The notes: generated from the sequence alone by a model not told the origin. Counted from the first letter of the stretch, positions 12,438 to 25,899 are shown. The stretch is DNA of 64,000 bases from Octopus sinensis (GCF_006345805.1 NC_042998.1:104098001-104162000), one strand, 5' to 3'. Numbers and translations are program-made.

Positions 12438-12686
12438 CATATGGCTGTGTGGCTAAGAAGTTCGCTTTGTAAGCATGTAATTTCGGGTTCAGCTCCAGTG
12501 TGGGGCAACTTGGGCAAATGCTTCTGCGATATTCCTGGGCTGACCAATTCCTTGACAGTGAATTTGGCTGACCGATAAAATATGTACCAGACTATTAAAA
12601 ACAAACTGGGATTGATTTGTTCGACTAAACACTTCTAGGTGGTGCCCAGCATGGCTGCAGTTCTGTGACTGAAACAAGTAAAACGT
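12438..12686 (+). mobile_element. SINE family 1 variant lacking the internal microsatellite segment
   Basis: Head TGGCTGTGTGG...GGGTTCAGCTCC and tail CCAGCATGGCTGCAG...TGACTGAAACAAGTAAA. Confidence 0.8.
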
Positions 12687-14584
12687 AGTGATAAAAAATA
12701 TAAACAATTTTATTATTATGTAGAGAGTAGTTATTGATACTTAAAAAGTAATTTGAATTCATTATTTATTTCATTAATTTAGCTACTTTTTTAAGGTATT
12801 TTAACAAAATGTAACTCGTTCTTTCTCCGAACCACGATTGCAAAGTTTTGCTATAACATTATTTCCGTTCTCCCTTGTACAATCTCTGGAAATACTAACC
12901 ATAGAGGGAAAGGTAGGAGAAGTTGACCGTACACAATCAATGATCCTATTAAAAACAGAGAGCAAATTTTATACATACATACTTTGGTACTACTTTGGCG
13001 TGTGATCTACAGCTTGTAGGGCGATTACTTTAGGTTAGTTTTTAGTCGTTTTACGTTGTAAAACTCGCAGATGCCAAACTTGTGTGATTTACGCGCTTAT
13101 TTTAATTATTATATCGTTTATTCTTAGTTTCTTATTATTATTTTCTAAGACATAAATGAGACATGGTTTTATTATAATTGATGTAATAAGAATTAAAAAA
13201 AAAACTTCATTTACAATGCTGAGCATGTACAGAAGAATTTACTGTAAAAAACTTTAGCCAATATCTTAAGAGTTTTTAGAAATTGAAAAATAAATTAAAA
13301 GGTAACTTAAAGTAATCGCCCTTTAAGTCGTAGATCACACGCCAAAGTAGTACCCAGGTATGCATCCCTCCATACATACATACATACATACATACATACA
13401 TACATACATACATACACACACGCACGCACATACATACATACATTCATACATACATAGCAAATTCCCCCAGTTTATGCACAACCCACTAATATAGTCTTGC
13501 ATTTAAAGGCGGGATTTGTCATGGTCAGTATTACTTTCATTATACGTCTATCGATGAAGTGGATATGGAGCTAAAAAACAACAACAGCAACATCGATGTC
13601 TACAACAAACACAAATTCCTCGGAAGGAAGAAACGCAAATCTAACAGCAGAAGGTTTGAAGTCAGATCGTGGAAGAACGTGGTTATATGATTTCATCTGT
13701 TTTCAGTCTCTTTGCACCTTGTCAAGCCAAAGACCACAGTAAGATTGTATCTCTGAGACTGTTTAGAAACCACTGTTTTAGTAATGGTTGTAATGAAAAA
13801 TATTGGTTCTACGAATTTAGCAGAGATGTTCATCCTTGTGATACTGTGTAGGTGAAAATAGCGTTCTGGCGTCATATTTTTAACATCACAGCATAGTCGA
13901 CATACATGAAGTGGTATTAAATTGTGGTAATGTTAGAATCATGGTTGAATTTGGTGGTGGTGGTGGTGGTGGTGGTGGTGTGGATAGTGGTGGTGGTGCT
14001 GCTGCTGGTGGTGATGTGGTGGTGATGGCGGTTGTGATGGTAGCTGGTGAGGTCGACAAGTGTGGTAAGAAGGAGGAGAGAAACATAATACTCTTTCAAA
14101 AATGGTTTTGAGATGAAAAAAAAAATGTGGAGGTGATAGAAAATAAAAAAATGAAGTACAGAAAAAAATATTAAATCAGAAAAAAGAAAATTATACAACA
14201 AATAAATATATAAAAGACATTAAACAAATAAATATAGTGAAAAGAGAAATAAAGCTACGTTATGGACTTGGAGGAAGTGGTGACAGGGTGTTAATTGAGA
14301 TTGAAAGATGTGAAAAAAAACGTAGAAAATACTACATACATGCATATATAAAATGTACGCATACATTACATACATACAAAAAAACTCTGAATAAAATATT
14401 ATATACACATACATATAAAATGTATGTATAAATTTCCGTATCATATATGTGAGCTTATATATATGCATATATGCACACACATACACACACACACACACAC
14501 ATACACACACATTTGTTAACGCTCGCAAACGCACACATATATCATATATAAATATACACACATACATATATAAATATACACACG

Positions 14585-14615
<31 letters not shown>

Positions 14616-14634
14616 GCGCGCGCACACAGACACA

Positions 14635-14671
<37 letters not shown>

Positions 14672-15054
14672 ACACGGCGTACGGTACAGAATAAATAAAA
14701 AATTAAATGCGCTTTTTAGCCGACGTCCTCAAGTACAGAAACTTTCTTGTGTCAGCACGGTGCCTTTGATCTTTAGCGGGTCTTCCACCAACATTATGAT
14801 AGAAGCCTTGCCCTGGCTAGCCATTTGATGACATAATAAATTGCCTTCTGTCAATGTTATACTCTGATACTCCCTTTATCCCCACAACATACCTCAAGCT
14901 GCGAAAGCTAACACCACCACGACCACCACTATTAACTCCACCACTAGCTTCCACACCATCAATCCCGTAGCCACTTCCAGTATTACGTTCACACAACTAC
15001 CATTCTTATAACACCTCCCAACCTCGCCCTCCCCAACCATCAACGTTACCAATA

Positions 15055-15420
15055 TCACCACCACCATCACCGCATCACCACCATCACCACCACCACCACC
15101 ATCGTCACTACAACTAGTACCAGTACGGAACTCACGACCCTTGCCACGTATACACTAGCATCTCTGCCATCATCTGCACAATTAGGCCCACCACAATCAC
15201 CACCACCATCACCTCCACAACCACCTCCACCACCACCACCACCACCACCACCACCACCACCACCACCACCTCCACCACCATTACATCCACTACTATCACC
15301 ACCAACAACAACACCTCCGCTACCATCACCTCCACTACCATCACCTCTACCATCATCACCACCACTGTAATCGTCATCATTATTAACGCCGTCACCATTA
15401 CCACCACCGCAAACAATCAC
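15055..15420. repeat. Degenerate (CCA)n trinucleotide tract
   Basis: Directly visible. Confidence 0.9.
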
Positions 15421-15782
15421 AAACTGAACACACCCTTCCCGCTATAACCACCACTACCGCTACACGCAACTTTGATATCAGTACTGCTAACATTGGTACT
15501 CGCACCCATACTACTTTTTCTGTTACCATTTCCACTAAGACTCATACCGTGCTCCACCTTCATAGCACCCATACCTACATTTGTGTAACTGATATTACCA
15601 CCACTACCACTATCCCTACCGCCTCATTCTCCGCTAAAACAACCACATTCTCAAAGGAAAAAAAATGAATGCCTTAACGCTCAAATTGTTGCTAGTGTTT
15701 TGATGTTTCCGCCATCGTGGTTTGTAAGGAAATAGCGGTGTGGGATGGTTGTTGTTGACACCGTAGTCATCGTCGTAGTCGC

Positions 15783-15804
15783 TGTTGTTGTTGTTGTTGT
15801 TGTT

Positions 15805-15842
<38 letters not shown>

Positions 15843-15955
15843 CTTCTTCTTCTTCTTCTTCTTCTTCTTCTTCTTCTTCTTCTTCTTCTTCTTCTTCTTC
15901 TTCTTCTTCTTCTTCTTCTTCTTCTTCTTCTTCTTCTTCTCCTTCTCCTTCTTCT
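15783..15955. repeat. Compound (GTT)n(CTT)n microsatellite
   Basis: Directly visible. Confidence 0.95.
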
Positions 15956-15999
15956 AGTTTAATCCTAGGTCAGTCTCGATTGAGCATATTGCAGCCATT

Positions 16000-16355
16000 C
16001 TGTTGTATAAAAGTTGAATTTTCGTTTGAGGAAAACGCCATTGCGTGCAGGAGTTAAAACCCGAAGATTGTGACCGCAGAAGTCCAAAAGTTCAGAACTC
16101 CAAAGAAGTCCAGATCTCGCTCCATGTCATTTTTATCTGTGGGGTTACACAACAGAGGTGTACAAGATAAAAACCTCGCACACTGGAGAACGACGTCCTT
16201 CAGAAAGTTGTTCATTCCATCCCTGACCGTTTGAGGAAACTGGTTGATGCCACAAATGCTTATGTTGAAATGTGAAGATTTGCTTTCATTTGTTTCAATA
16301 AATTTGTAAAAGGAATTTTATTACCAATTTCCAATGCCTACTTACCTTTCACCGT
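16000..16355 (+). mobile_element. Internally deleted Tc1/mariner transposase relic
   Basis: VQELKPED... followed by PDLAPCHFYLWGYTTEVYKIKPRTLE...RLRKLVDATNAYVEM*, a typical transposase C-terminus. Confidence 0.7.
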
Positions 16356-16559
16356 TCCTATACACAAACACACACACATATATGTACGTAATATATGTAT
16401 AATGACTTGTGACTGGTTTTGATTCATGGTAATCGTAGAGAAATATATATATATATATATTATATATATATATGCGTAGTCAGATCAATAAGCATCTGGA
16501 CTGTTGCTATAGTAACGAAGTTAAAGCACGCAGAATGAAATCGCTTGGCACAGAGTAAC

Positions 16560-17440
16560 CTTGTACTCTGCTGTTTTCATCGTTCTTGATACAATCAAGG
16601 AGATCTAGTGCAACTGAAACCCGAGTTTCTTTTTGGTCATCTGGAAGCGGTTTTGGCAAAACTTGGCATCACGAGTCTCATATCCAAATCTTCAGTGATA
16701 ATGGAATGAACTGAGCCGTAACTAATCTGCACATCCTCTGATAACACGCGGATGGTGATTCGACGATTTCCCCTCACAGCTGCACACACATCTGCGTTGC
16801 TTTTCTCAGCTCTGCTGCTTGCGGGTCTCCCAGAATGTTCCTCGGATCTTTTCGGTTTGACCGGCAGTTTTTTAAAATAATTTCCACGTAACTAAACACT
16901 TTTAAATTTCGTATACTGGTAGAATGTGTTTATAAAACATTCTTTTTCTCTTGGCTTTATTGAGAAAATCCTATAATTTGTAAGATATTTGTTGTTTTTT
17001 TCTCCAATTTCTGCAATTTCAACCAATCAATGACGTCTATTGAGGTGAAAACATTCTGTGCCGTATGAATATGTCCCTCGTTTAAGAAACAGATTGGGTT
17101 TATTTACATTTCTGAAGAAAAAAAGATACCCTTCCCCCCACCCTTAACCCTAACCCTAACTAACCCTAACTCTAACTCTAACCCTAACCCTAAAACAGAT
17201 TGAAATGCAATAGATCGATACTAGTGTCATAATTATGGGTGACAATTTCATGTGACACCGCTAGAAAAAACTGCCGTTCAAACCGAAAAGATCCCGTTCC
17301 TCAATATCGACATTTTTTCTGCCATCTTGGAAAGGTCTAAACTGCTCGTACTCTTGTATGCTGCTCATACACTCTTCTTCATACTCCTTCTGCAACTTTG
17401 CATAGGCTTCTGAACAGGTATCTCCATGATAACTTTCTCT
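16560..17440 (-). mobile_element. Mariner transposase N-terminal (HTH) relic split by a MITE
   Basis: Removing the MITE and one TSD restores GDTCSEAYAKLQKEYEEECMSSIQEYEQFRPFQDGRKNVDIEEHSGRPASSRAEKSNADVCAAVRGNRRITIRVLSEDVQISYGSVHSIITEDLDMR. Confidence 0.85.
16844..17294. mobile_element. Merlin-like MITE with internal (CCCTAA)n
   Basis: 30-bp TIRs GGATCTTTTCGGTTTGAMCGGCAGTTTTTT (1 mismatch); 8-bp TSD TGTTCCTC/CGTTCCTC; near-identical to 43828-44244. Confidence 0.85.
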
Positions 17441-17443
17441 GTC

Positions 17444-17482
<39 letters not shown>

Positions 17483-17789
17483 CGTGTGTGTGTATGAAGG
17501 ACAATGTATCCAGTGTAATGCGATAGTTGGTATTCCCCACTTTCTGTAACCACAGGTCCCTGCCCTCGACCTTCCAATAATGCCCTCGGTCCCGGTAAAG
17601 AGTTTGACCAAAGCACACATTAATGCACCCCACAAAATTTACTCTCAGCCGTGATGGATATATAATAATGTACATTTCGGATAATATAACCACGTTTTGA
17701 CACATATACGAATGATTTAGTCTCTCAGACGACTGAGTAAGTGGACAAACGAAAGAAAAAAGGGTACTCAATAAATTTATTGGGATTTA

Positions 17790-18201
17790 CATGCATTGAT
17801 CAAGACTGTTTGATTCAAATTCGTTGGTTCTCCGAGAGTTTCAAGGTTGATGCTAATCTTCAGCCAGTTTGAATTTGAATGAAAGAAGTTGATTGTTTTT
17901 ACCATCAGGTGGGCTGTGATTGGCCGAGGAAGGCCATGTGGTATCGTGGTTTGATGTTGGTATAACCGTATATCAGTGATGACAGTAAGTTGGAAAACAC
18001 CGCATGGTGAATTTCCTGTTCACCATGTTATCCAACTAACTGTCGTTACTGATATACAGTTATACCAACATCAAACCACGGCATCACATGACTTTCCTTG
18101 ACCAATTGCAGCCAATCTTACGATAATAACATTCAAATTCAAAATTGCTTGAAACTCTCGGATGCCAACGAATTTGAATAAAACTGTTTTGATCCATGCG
18201 T
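17790..18201. mobile_element. Foldback (long inverted repeat) element
   Basis: Arms of about 190-220 bp are imperfect reverse complements around the centre CATGGTGAA-TTTCCTG-TTCACCATG. Confidence 0.75.
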
Positions 18202-18371
18202 GTGTGTGTGTGCATGTGTGCGTGTGTGTGCGTGACCGTGTGTAGTATGTGTTTGTTGATGCGTGTGCATATCTTATGCCTCTATCTGTATCCTTCTCTC
18301 TGTCTCTCTGACTGTCTCTGTCTCTGTCTGTCTCTCTGTCTCTCTGTCTCTCTCTCTCTCTCTGTATATAT

Positions 18372-18403
<32 letters not shown>

Positions 18404-18412
18404 AATATATAT

Positions 18413-19166
18413 TTATATTATAGAGGGTACTATTATTCATAGATACCACACGCTAGGAGGGACTTTTGCAGTCAAAACTACAAAAATAAACAAATTGTAC
18501 CGAATGCAAAACGTCAAAGCAAGTCATTTAAAAACAGAATTTAGTTACATATCACCTGTGATTTCGCAATCAATGCAGAATATGCATTCTATGCTCTTCA
18601 GTGCAACGAACTCAAGACATATAAGAAAAAACACAACATTACAAACCCGACAGCCAACCGTAGAATTCGCCGCAGCATGTACGAATGTTTATCTTTACAT
18701 ATCTATGAACATGGCGGGCTTATTCGCAATGCATTTCAGTAACAACTTGCCTACTCGGAACAAAAATTCAGTATTGAACTATTCCGGCGAAAATATAAAT
18801 TTAAAATTAAGGATAAAATCTTTATAAGAAATTATCAGTAGTTAGCGTGAAAAACCTCGTAAGAGAAAAAAAATCTGTAAATTTTTCCACTTTGAAAATA
18901 TTTATTTATATTATATCGAGGGTACTATTATTCATAGGTACCGCACGCTATGAGGGACTTTTGCAGTCAAAACTCCTAAAATAAATAAATTGTACCGAAT
19001 GCAAAACTTCAAAGCAAGTCATTTAAAAACAGAATTTAGTTACATATCACCTGTGATTTCGTAATCAATGCAGAATATGCATTCTATGCTCTTCAGTGCA
19101 ACGAACTCAAGACATATAAATGACTTGCTTTGAAGTTTTGCATTCGGTACAATTTGTTTATTTTAG
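18413..19166. repeat. About 210-bp direct repeat pair (period 495) plus a 46-bp inverted copy
   Basis: 18413-18624 resembles 18906-19119; 19120-19166 is the reverse complement of about 18977-19023. Confidence 0.85.
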
Positions 19167-19217
19167 TAGTAGGAATACATGTACACAGCACATTTCTTCC
19201 AAAACGATTAATAACAT

Positions 19218-19405
19218 CGCCTTTAGTCGAGCAAATCGACCCCAAAGTTTATTCTTTGTAAGCCTACTACTTATTTTATCGGTCTCTTTTGCCGAACCGC
19301 TAAGTTACGGGGACGTAAACACACCAGCATCGGTTGTCAAGTAATTTGGAGGGGACAAATACAGACACACAAAAACACACACACACACATATATATATGA
19401 TACAC

Positions 19406-19452
<47 letters not shown>

Positions 19453-19453
19453 T

Positions 19454-19492
<39 letters not shown>

Positions 19493-19703
19493 CATACATA
19501 CATACATACATACTACATACATACATACATACATACATACATACACACACACACATACATACATATATACATACATACATACTTTCAGTGCCAAATTCTC
19601 ATACAAATGGTTGGCCTTGGATTATAGCAGAAGACGCTTTCTCAAGATGCAGCCGAAATCACTTGGTTCTGAAGCGAAATTCTAAACCACAGGGCCACGC
19701 ATG
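19218..19703 (-). mobile_element. SINE family 1 with internal (TAGA)/(CATA) expansion
   Basis: Colinear with the reverse complement of 39367-39843. Confidence 0.85.
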
Positions 19704-20291
19704 TACCCATATCCATTGATGAAACTTGTTGATCGACCCAGCAATAATCTCTTACCAATTAATATTAGTTGGTTTTGTATGAGTTATTTCTCTTTTGTCA
19801 TTCAGTTTGATTGATGTCACTCGCTAAATGCTTGTGTCCCATTATATTCGCCAGGAAGGAAGTTTTGACTGATTATTTATTTATTCATTCGCTTATTTGA
19901 TTGTTGATCATTCATTCGATTACTCGTTAACTAAAGGTCAGAACGGACACTTTGTCGTTGGATTACTGACGAATAGGAGGATAAGACAGGTAAACCCAGT
20001 CAAAGTTCCATGTTAGCCAGTCAGCCATTTTATGAGTTTTATCGTGTATGTCAAATATAGGAAAGATAACATTTCAAAAGGGATTAAACACATGATCGCA
20101 CAGCTTGAAATAATGGGAACTTGCCTCGTTGGTTAATTGTCACAGTTCTTTATAAGGCGGTCTCGGTACGTTGGTGAAAAAAGGGGAATTGTCTAGAAGA
20201 TCAAGAGAAAGGTATTCACACGATTGAATTTGATAACATTTTTGATTTTTTTTTTTTGGTGATGGAAGTGGCATGATGGTGATGTGGAAAT

Positions 20292-20555
20292 GCTTCTTCT
20301 TCTTCTTCTTCTTCTTCTTCTTCTTCTTCTTCTTCTTCTTCTTCTTCTTCTTCTTCTTCTTCTTCTTCTTCTTCTTCTTCTTCTTCTTCTCATCTTCCTT
20401 TCCTCCTCCTTCTACATGTCCTGTTATGGTGCTCCCTCATTTGCATCCCTTATATTAATAAAGAAAGGATTATTATTATTATCATCATCATCATCATCTT
20501 CATCATCGTCTTCATCATCGTCATCATCATCATCATCATCATTATTTTTATCATA

Positions 20556-20614
<59 letters not shown>

Positions 20615-20615
20615 T

Positions 20616-20644
<29 letters not shown>
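20292..20644. repeat. (CTT)n and (TTA/TCA)/(TAA)n microsatellites
   Basis: Directly visible. Confidence 0.95.
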
Positions 20645-20648
<4 letters not shown>

Positions 20649-21190
20649 GAGAGGGTAGAACGTGCCATTAAAGTGATACTGGGGCAAAATATATGAAGCC
20701 AGTATACACATCATGGCTACCCGTCTGATAAGGGTACACTAGGCACATGCATCACAACCATATGTGCGTGACATGGTGATCTAATATCAAGATAAACAGG
20801 ACATGGCCTTGCAGGTGGAGCCCAGTTAGTATTGTCTTCAGGTCGAGTAGCCCATCCGGCTCAAAAGGTCCTTGAATAAGGGTTGTTTAAGAATGTTGAA
20901 CGAACCACCCATCTTTCCAGAGGTGAATTATTCAAACGCCAAAGAATTCCTCTCAACACATGACTATGATACTTCCCCACTACTTTTGCTTGCGATCAGA
21001 GATACACATATCGTCAACCACTAAGGGACATGTTCAACTGGTTACGGTCAAACAATTGATAAGCAAATCTGTGATATTGAGCACAATATTTGCTGTTGCC
21101 CATCTTTTATACCAAGGCAAAACAATGTACATCATAACACTTCCAATCAGTTATGGTCAGAAGCCATGAAGACCACTGCCTCTGCATGTC
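20645..21190. mobile_element. Unclassified ~560-bp interspersed repeat, copy 1
   Basis: Colinear along its whole length with 23941-24500; no ORF; flanked by trinucleotide microsatellites. Confidence 0.8.
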
Positions 21191-21314
21191 TGTAACAATC
21201 ACTATCATCATCATCATCGTCGTCGTCGTCGTCATCATCATAATCATCATCAGCAGCAGCAGCAGTATCAGCATCATCATCATCATCATCATTATTATTA
21301 TTATTATTATTACT

Positions 21315-21785
21315 TTTTTCTTCTTCTTTCAAATTTGCTTCCATTTCTTGCCGAGTGTCTTCCCGACTCCTAGGGCAAAGAAACTCATAGTATACATTGG
21401 TAGGCCATTAAACCAAACTCAGTAGTTCGTTCATTTTTTTTTTTTTTAAGTTAAATTAAAATACATGAGCAGCAACAGTTCTCACATCGACAATGCTCAT
21501 CTCAATACGTGTGATGTACCAGTTAAGACAATCTTTTGCACTTCTTGCAGGGATGGTAAGCCAGGGATCATTCTCATATAATTTTCGGTTCCCTTCTTGA
21601 TCATTCCTAGTGCTCCTACGATCACTGGTATTGTAACCGCCTTGAGATGCCACATTTCCTCAATTTCAATGAGTAGGTCTTTATATTTTCTGAGCGTGTC
21701 AAACTCTTTCGCTGAGATATTATGATCACAGGGGATGCTCATGTCGATCAATAAGCAAACTTTATTGTTTTAGTCTTTCACAACA
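21315..21785 (-). mobile_element. R4/Dong-type LINE 3' end (RLE domain plus 3' UTR)
   Basis: IDMSIPCDHNISAKEFDTLRKYKDLLIEIEEMWHLKAVTIPVIVGALGMIKKG; (TAA)n at both ends on the element strand. Confidence 0.85.
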
Positions 21786-21787
21786 AT

Positions 21788-21935
<148 letters not shown>

Positions 21936-22413
21936 ACGCAGCGAAGCGGCAGAATTGTTCGCACGCCGGAAAAATGCTTAGGTGCATTTTGGCCAATTAG
22001 CGGCATTTTGGCCATTTGTGGACATTTTAACCATTTGCAGCATTTCGTCCAAGTACGGGAATCGAGGTACGAGGATAACCCTTTCACAAAAATTCCAAGT
22101 CTTGTGCCCTGTAGTAGATATTAAGATTTGTATAAGTAGTGGGATCGATGTAATCGACTAGTCTCCTCCCACCAAACTTTCTGGCCTGGCCTTGTGCCAA
22201 AATTTGAAAACAATATTTTGTTATCGTCCTTTGCGTTGTGGTTACAGATCCTGCTGAAATTGACTTTCCATCTCTCCAGAGTCGAGAAAATAAAGCTCAA
22301 GTACTGCGTTCGATGATTAATTGTACACCTATATTATTAGAATTTTATTCCATTTTGGTTTGATATGATAATAAATGTTCTTTAACATCAAGCAGAAGAG
22401 GTGAAATTGAAAA

Positions 22414-22446
<33 letters not shown>

Positions 22447-22450
22447 AGAG

Positions 22451-22500
<50 letters not shown>

Positions 22501-22679
22501 GGGCTGCTAGAAACTTTCCTGTGGAGATGGGGGTTCGCTTATCATTCCCTCTTCAATCTTTTTCAATAGAATCGGTTGCCATTTACTGATGATTTGCTAA
22601 ACGTATTCGTTTGTTACTAGTAGTATATTACTCATAAGTAATGAGGATCCACATACAGGAAACATAGTCAAAACATTCT

Positions 22680-22858
22680 GGATAAAATGCTCAGCGGTAT
22701 TTCGTCCGTATTTATATTCTGAGTTCAAATTCCGTCGAAATCATCCTTCTTTTTCATCCTTTCGGGGACCATAAAAAAAAAGCACCGGTAATACACGGGG
22801 CTGATATAACCGAATTTACCCATCAAAAATTGCTGGCCCTGTGCTAAAATTAGAAATA

Positions 22859-22860
<2 letters not shown>
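22680..22860 (+). mobile_element. SINE family 2, 5'-truncated
   Basis: AAAATGCTCAGCGGTATTTCGTCC...CTGAGTTCAAATTCCG. Confidence 0.7.
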
Positions 22861-22924
<64 letters not shown>

Positions 22925-23780
22925 GTTCATTAATCATCTGCTTTCAATTCTGTTTCCATTTCTTGTTGAGTGTCTTCCTGACACCTAGGTCAGAGAAATA
23001 AACACACCAAATTGTCCATTTACAAAGTCATGTAACAGAGAAAAAGAGGAAGAAAGACAGAGGAAAAAAAAAGATAAAACAGTAAACAAAGGAAGACAAA
23101 GGGGAAAAAGGGAAAGAAAATTCACAGCGACAGTGCTCTTCTCAATACGTGTGATGTACCAGTTAAGACAATCTTTTGCCCTTCCTGCATGGATGGTAAG
23201 CCAAGGATCATTCTTAAATAGTTTTCAGTTCATGTTTTGATCATTCCAAGTGCTCCTACAATCACTTGTATTGTAACCGTCTTGAGATACTACAGCTTTT
23301 CGATTTCGATGAGCAAATCAAATTCTTTTGCCGAGATATTATTGTCACAGCGGATGCTCATGTCAATCAATAAACAGACTTTATTGTTTTGGTCTTTCAC
23401 AACAATATCTGGTTTGATTGCTTTGATGGTCCGCTCTGTACATATTGGGAAGTCCTAAACAATAGTTACATTTTCTCCCTCAGTTACAGCCTCAGGGTAG
23501 TGATTGTACAATTTGCCCTCAGTTTTGATTTTATAAAGCCGGCACATTACCCAGTTTAGATATTGGCCAACACTGCCATGTCTTGATTGGTACTCTACAG
23601 GTGCTAAAATCTTACATCCAGAGATTAGGTAGTCCACTATTTCTGCCCCATCGTGGCAGTATCGGCACTTTGGGTCTACACCATTGTGCATCACGTTCAC
23701 TTGATAGTTTCGGGTCAGTACGTTCTGAAATTGGGCAGCCAAGATAAAGCCTTCACTCTCTTGCCTTTAGCCCTAAGCTC
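22925..23780 (-). mobile_element. R4/Dong-type LINE 3' part (CCHC knuckle, RLE domain, 3' UTR)
   Basis: AAQFQNVLTRNYQ...PKCRYCHDGAEIVDYLISGCKILAPVEYQSRH...IKPDIVVKDQNNKVCLLIDMSIRCDNNISAKE; shares its 3' terminus with 21315-21785; ends in (TAA)n. Confidence 0.9.
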
Positions 23781-23940
23781 CTTTATTATTATTGTTGTTG
23801 TTGTTGTTGTTGCTGTTGTTGTTGCTGCTGTTGTTGTTGTTGTTGTTGATGTTGTTGTCGCTGTTGTTATTATTATTATTTACTTTTAATCTGCATGTTT
23901 ATTACAATCAATCACCGAGACACACCCTTATTATTATTAA

Positions 23941-24500
23941 CATCGAGTGAGAGAGTAGCGCATGCCATTAAAGTCACACTGGGGTATAGGTATACGAAGC
24001 CCAATAGTCCTATCATGGCTACCCGTCTGATAAGGCTACACCAGGCACATACATCACAACCATATGTGCGTGACATGGTGATCTAATATCAAGATAAACA
24101 GGACATGACCTTGCAGGTGGGGCCCAGTTAGAATTTTCTTCTGGTCGAGTAACCCATCCCGTTCAAACATTCCCTGATAAGGGTTGCTTAAGGATGTCGT
24201 ACAAAACACCCATGTTTCTACAGGTGAATTATTGAACCCACAAATAATTCCTCTCAACACATAGCTACGATGCTCCCCCACTACTTCAGCTCGTGATCAG
24301 AGATGCATATATCGTCAACCAATAAGGGACATGCTCAACTGGTTAAGGTCAAACAACTGACAAGCAAATCTGTGATATTGACCACAATATTTGCTGTAGC
24401 CCATCTTTTATACTAAGACAAAACAATTTAGATGATATCACTTCCAATCAGTTAAGATCAAAAGGTATGAGAGCCACTACCTGGTACTGCATCTGGGCAT
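23941..24500. mobile_element. Unclassified ~560-bp interspersed repeat, copy 2
   Basis: Homolog of 20645-21190; flanked on both sides by (TTA)n. Confidence 0.8.
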
Positions 24501-24664
24501 TTATTATTATGTGTTTTCTTAATTTTTTTAGACTCACAACAACAACAACAACAATACACACACACGCACACATTCTTCTTTTTTTTGTCCTATGCTGTCC
24601 ATAATGTTTTTCTTAATGTAACCGCGTGGTTACTAAAGAAATCATTATCATTATTATTATTATG

Positions 24665-24760
24665 AAGGCAGTGAGCTGGCAGAATCGTTATCATGCCGGG
24701 AAAGCATTTCATCCGTCCTCACATTCTGAGTTCAAATTCTGCCGATACCGACCTTTGCTT
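24665..24760 (+). mobile_element. SINE family 2 head fragment
   Basis: AAGGCAGTGAGCTGGCAGAATCGTTA...CTGAGTTCAAATTCTGCCGA. Confidence 0.7.
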
Positions 24761-25548
24761 GGTGGTGGTGGTGGTGGTAGTAGTAGTAGTAGTTGTGGTG
24801 TCATGTTCACATTGCTACTGGTACTATTTTTATGAGATAATTCTTCTTTCAGCTCGTTTCGCACAGATGACCAACACTCCTAGAAGCAAAATCTATGGAC
24901 GGGAAGCAACAGTGACAATTTAGTTAGTGACGCAAGAGGAAACAAACTATGGATGTATACAGGTAGATAAAGCGAATGTTCGTGTATGTGTATCAGTGCG
25001 TGGCCATAATTCCTTTCCTCCAAAACATCTTTGATGTTTTGTACCTATTTACCGACTGTTTTCATTGAAGTTTACCGCATCACACTATTACCTATGTGTG
25101 TATGTGTGTATACATGTATGTATATATTACACATACTCAAAAGATGAAGATAAATAGAGAGTGTGGGAAGAGAGATTCACCTTTCTAGTTGAGGATAGGC
25201 GCTCTACAGAATATGTAATCTTACTGTAATCTAACATTTGACGCTGATTAGGCATAACGACCATTAATATCTTAATAACTACTGGTGCGGTAAAGGTTGG
25301 GTAACCGTTACAGCTTAACTACATCGACACCATAAGAGGCTTTGACGTTATGGCTCACTAAGAAAACACAACACCTGATAGATCTCTCTCTTCTCTTTAC
25401 ATAAAACGCACTCCTTCTCTCAAACATTCGCTGTCTCTTGCTCCCTCACACCCCTCTTTCTAAACGTAATTAAAGAAGCAGCAATACTCCAATACGTGTG
25501 CATGTAGTGAGTGTGTGTAACAAATAAAGGGTGTCTATTTTTTAGATG

Positions 25549-25593
<45 letters not shown>

Positions 25594-25843
25594 CACCTTC
25601 GAACGTAGAGTAGATGAAACCATAGCGACTGAAGAAGGTTTTTTTTTTCTTTGTGTTAATTGTCCTGTACTCTACTTTTTGTTGTTTAAAAAAATGTCCA
25701 ATTCCTTGGTTTGTGTCTATGTTTTCGTTTCTCATTGTGTTCGACGACTCTTTTGGTGTCCTGTACTCATATATGCGTGTATATGTACATGTAGAGGTAG
25801 GTACGCGTACATATAGTTTATATATATGCATATGTTTTATTTA

Positions 25844-25899
<56 letters not shown>

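Noticed and set aside
17143-17192. Possible chromosome end or fusion telomere
   Set aside because: Short tract inside a MITE and present at the same position in the second MITE copy
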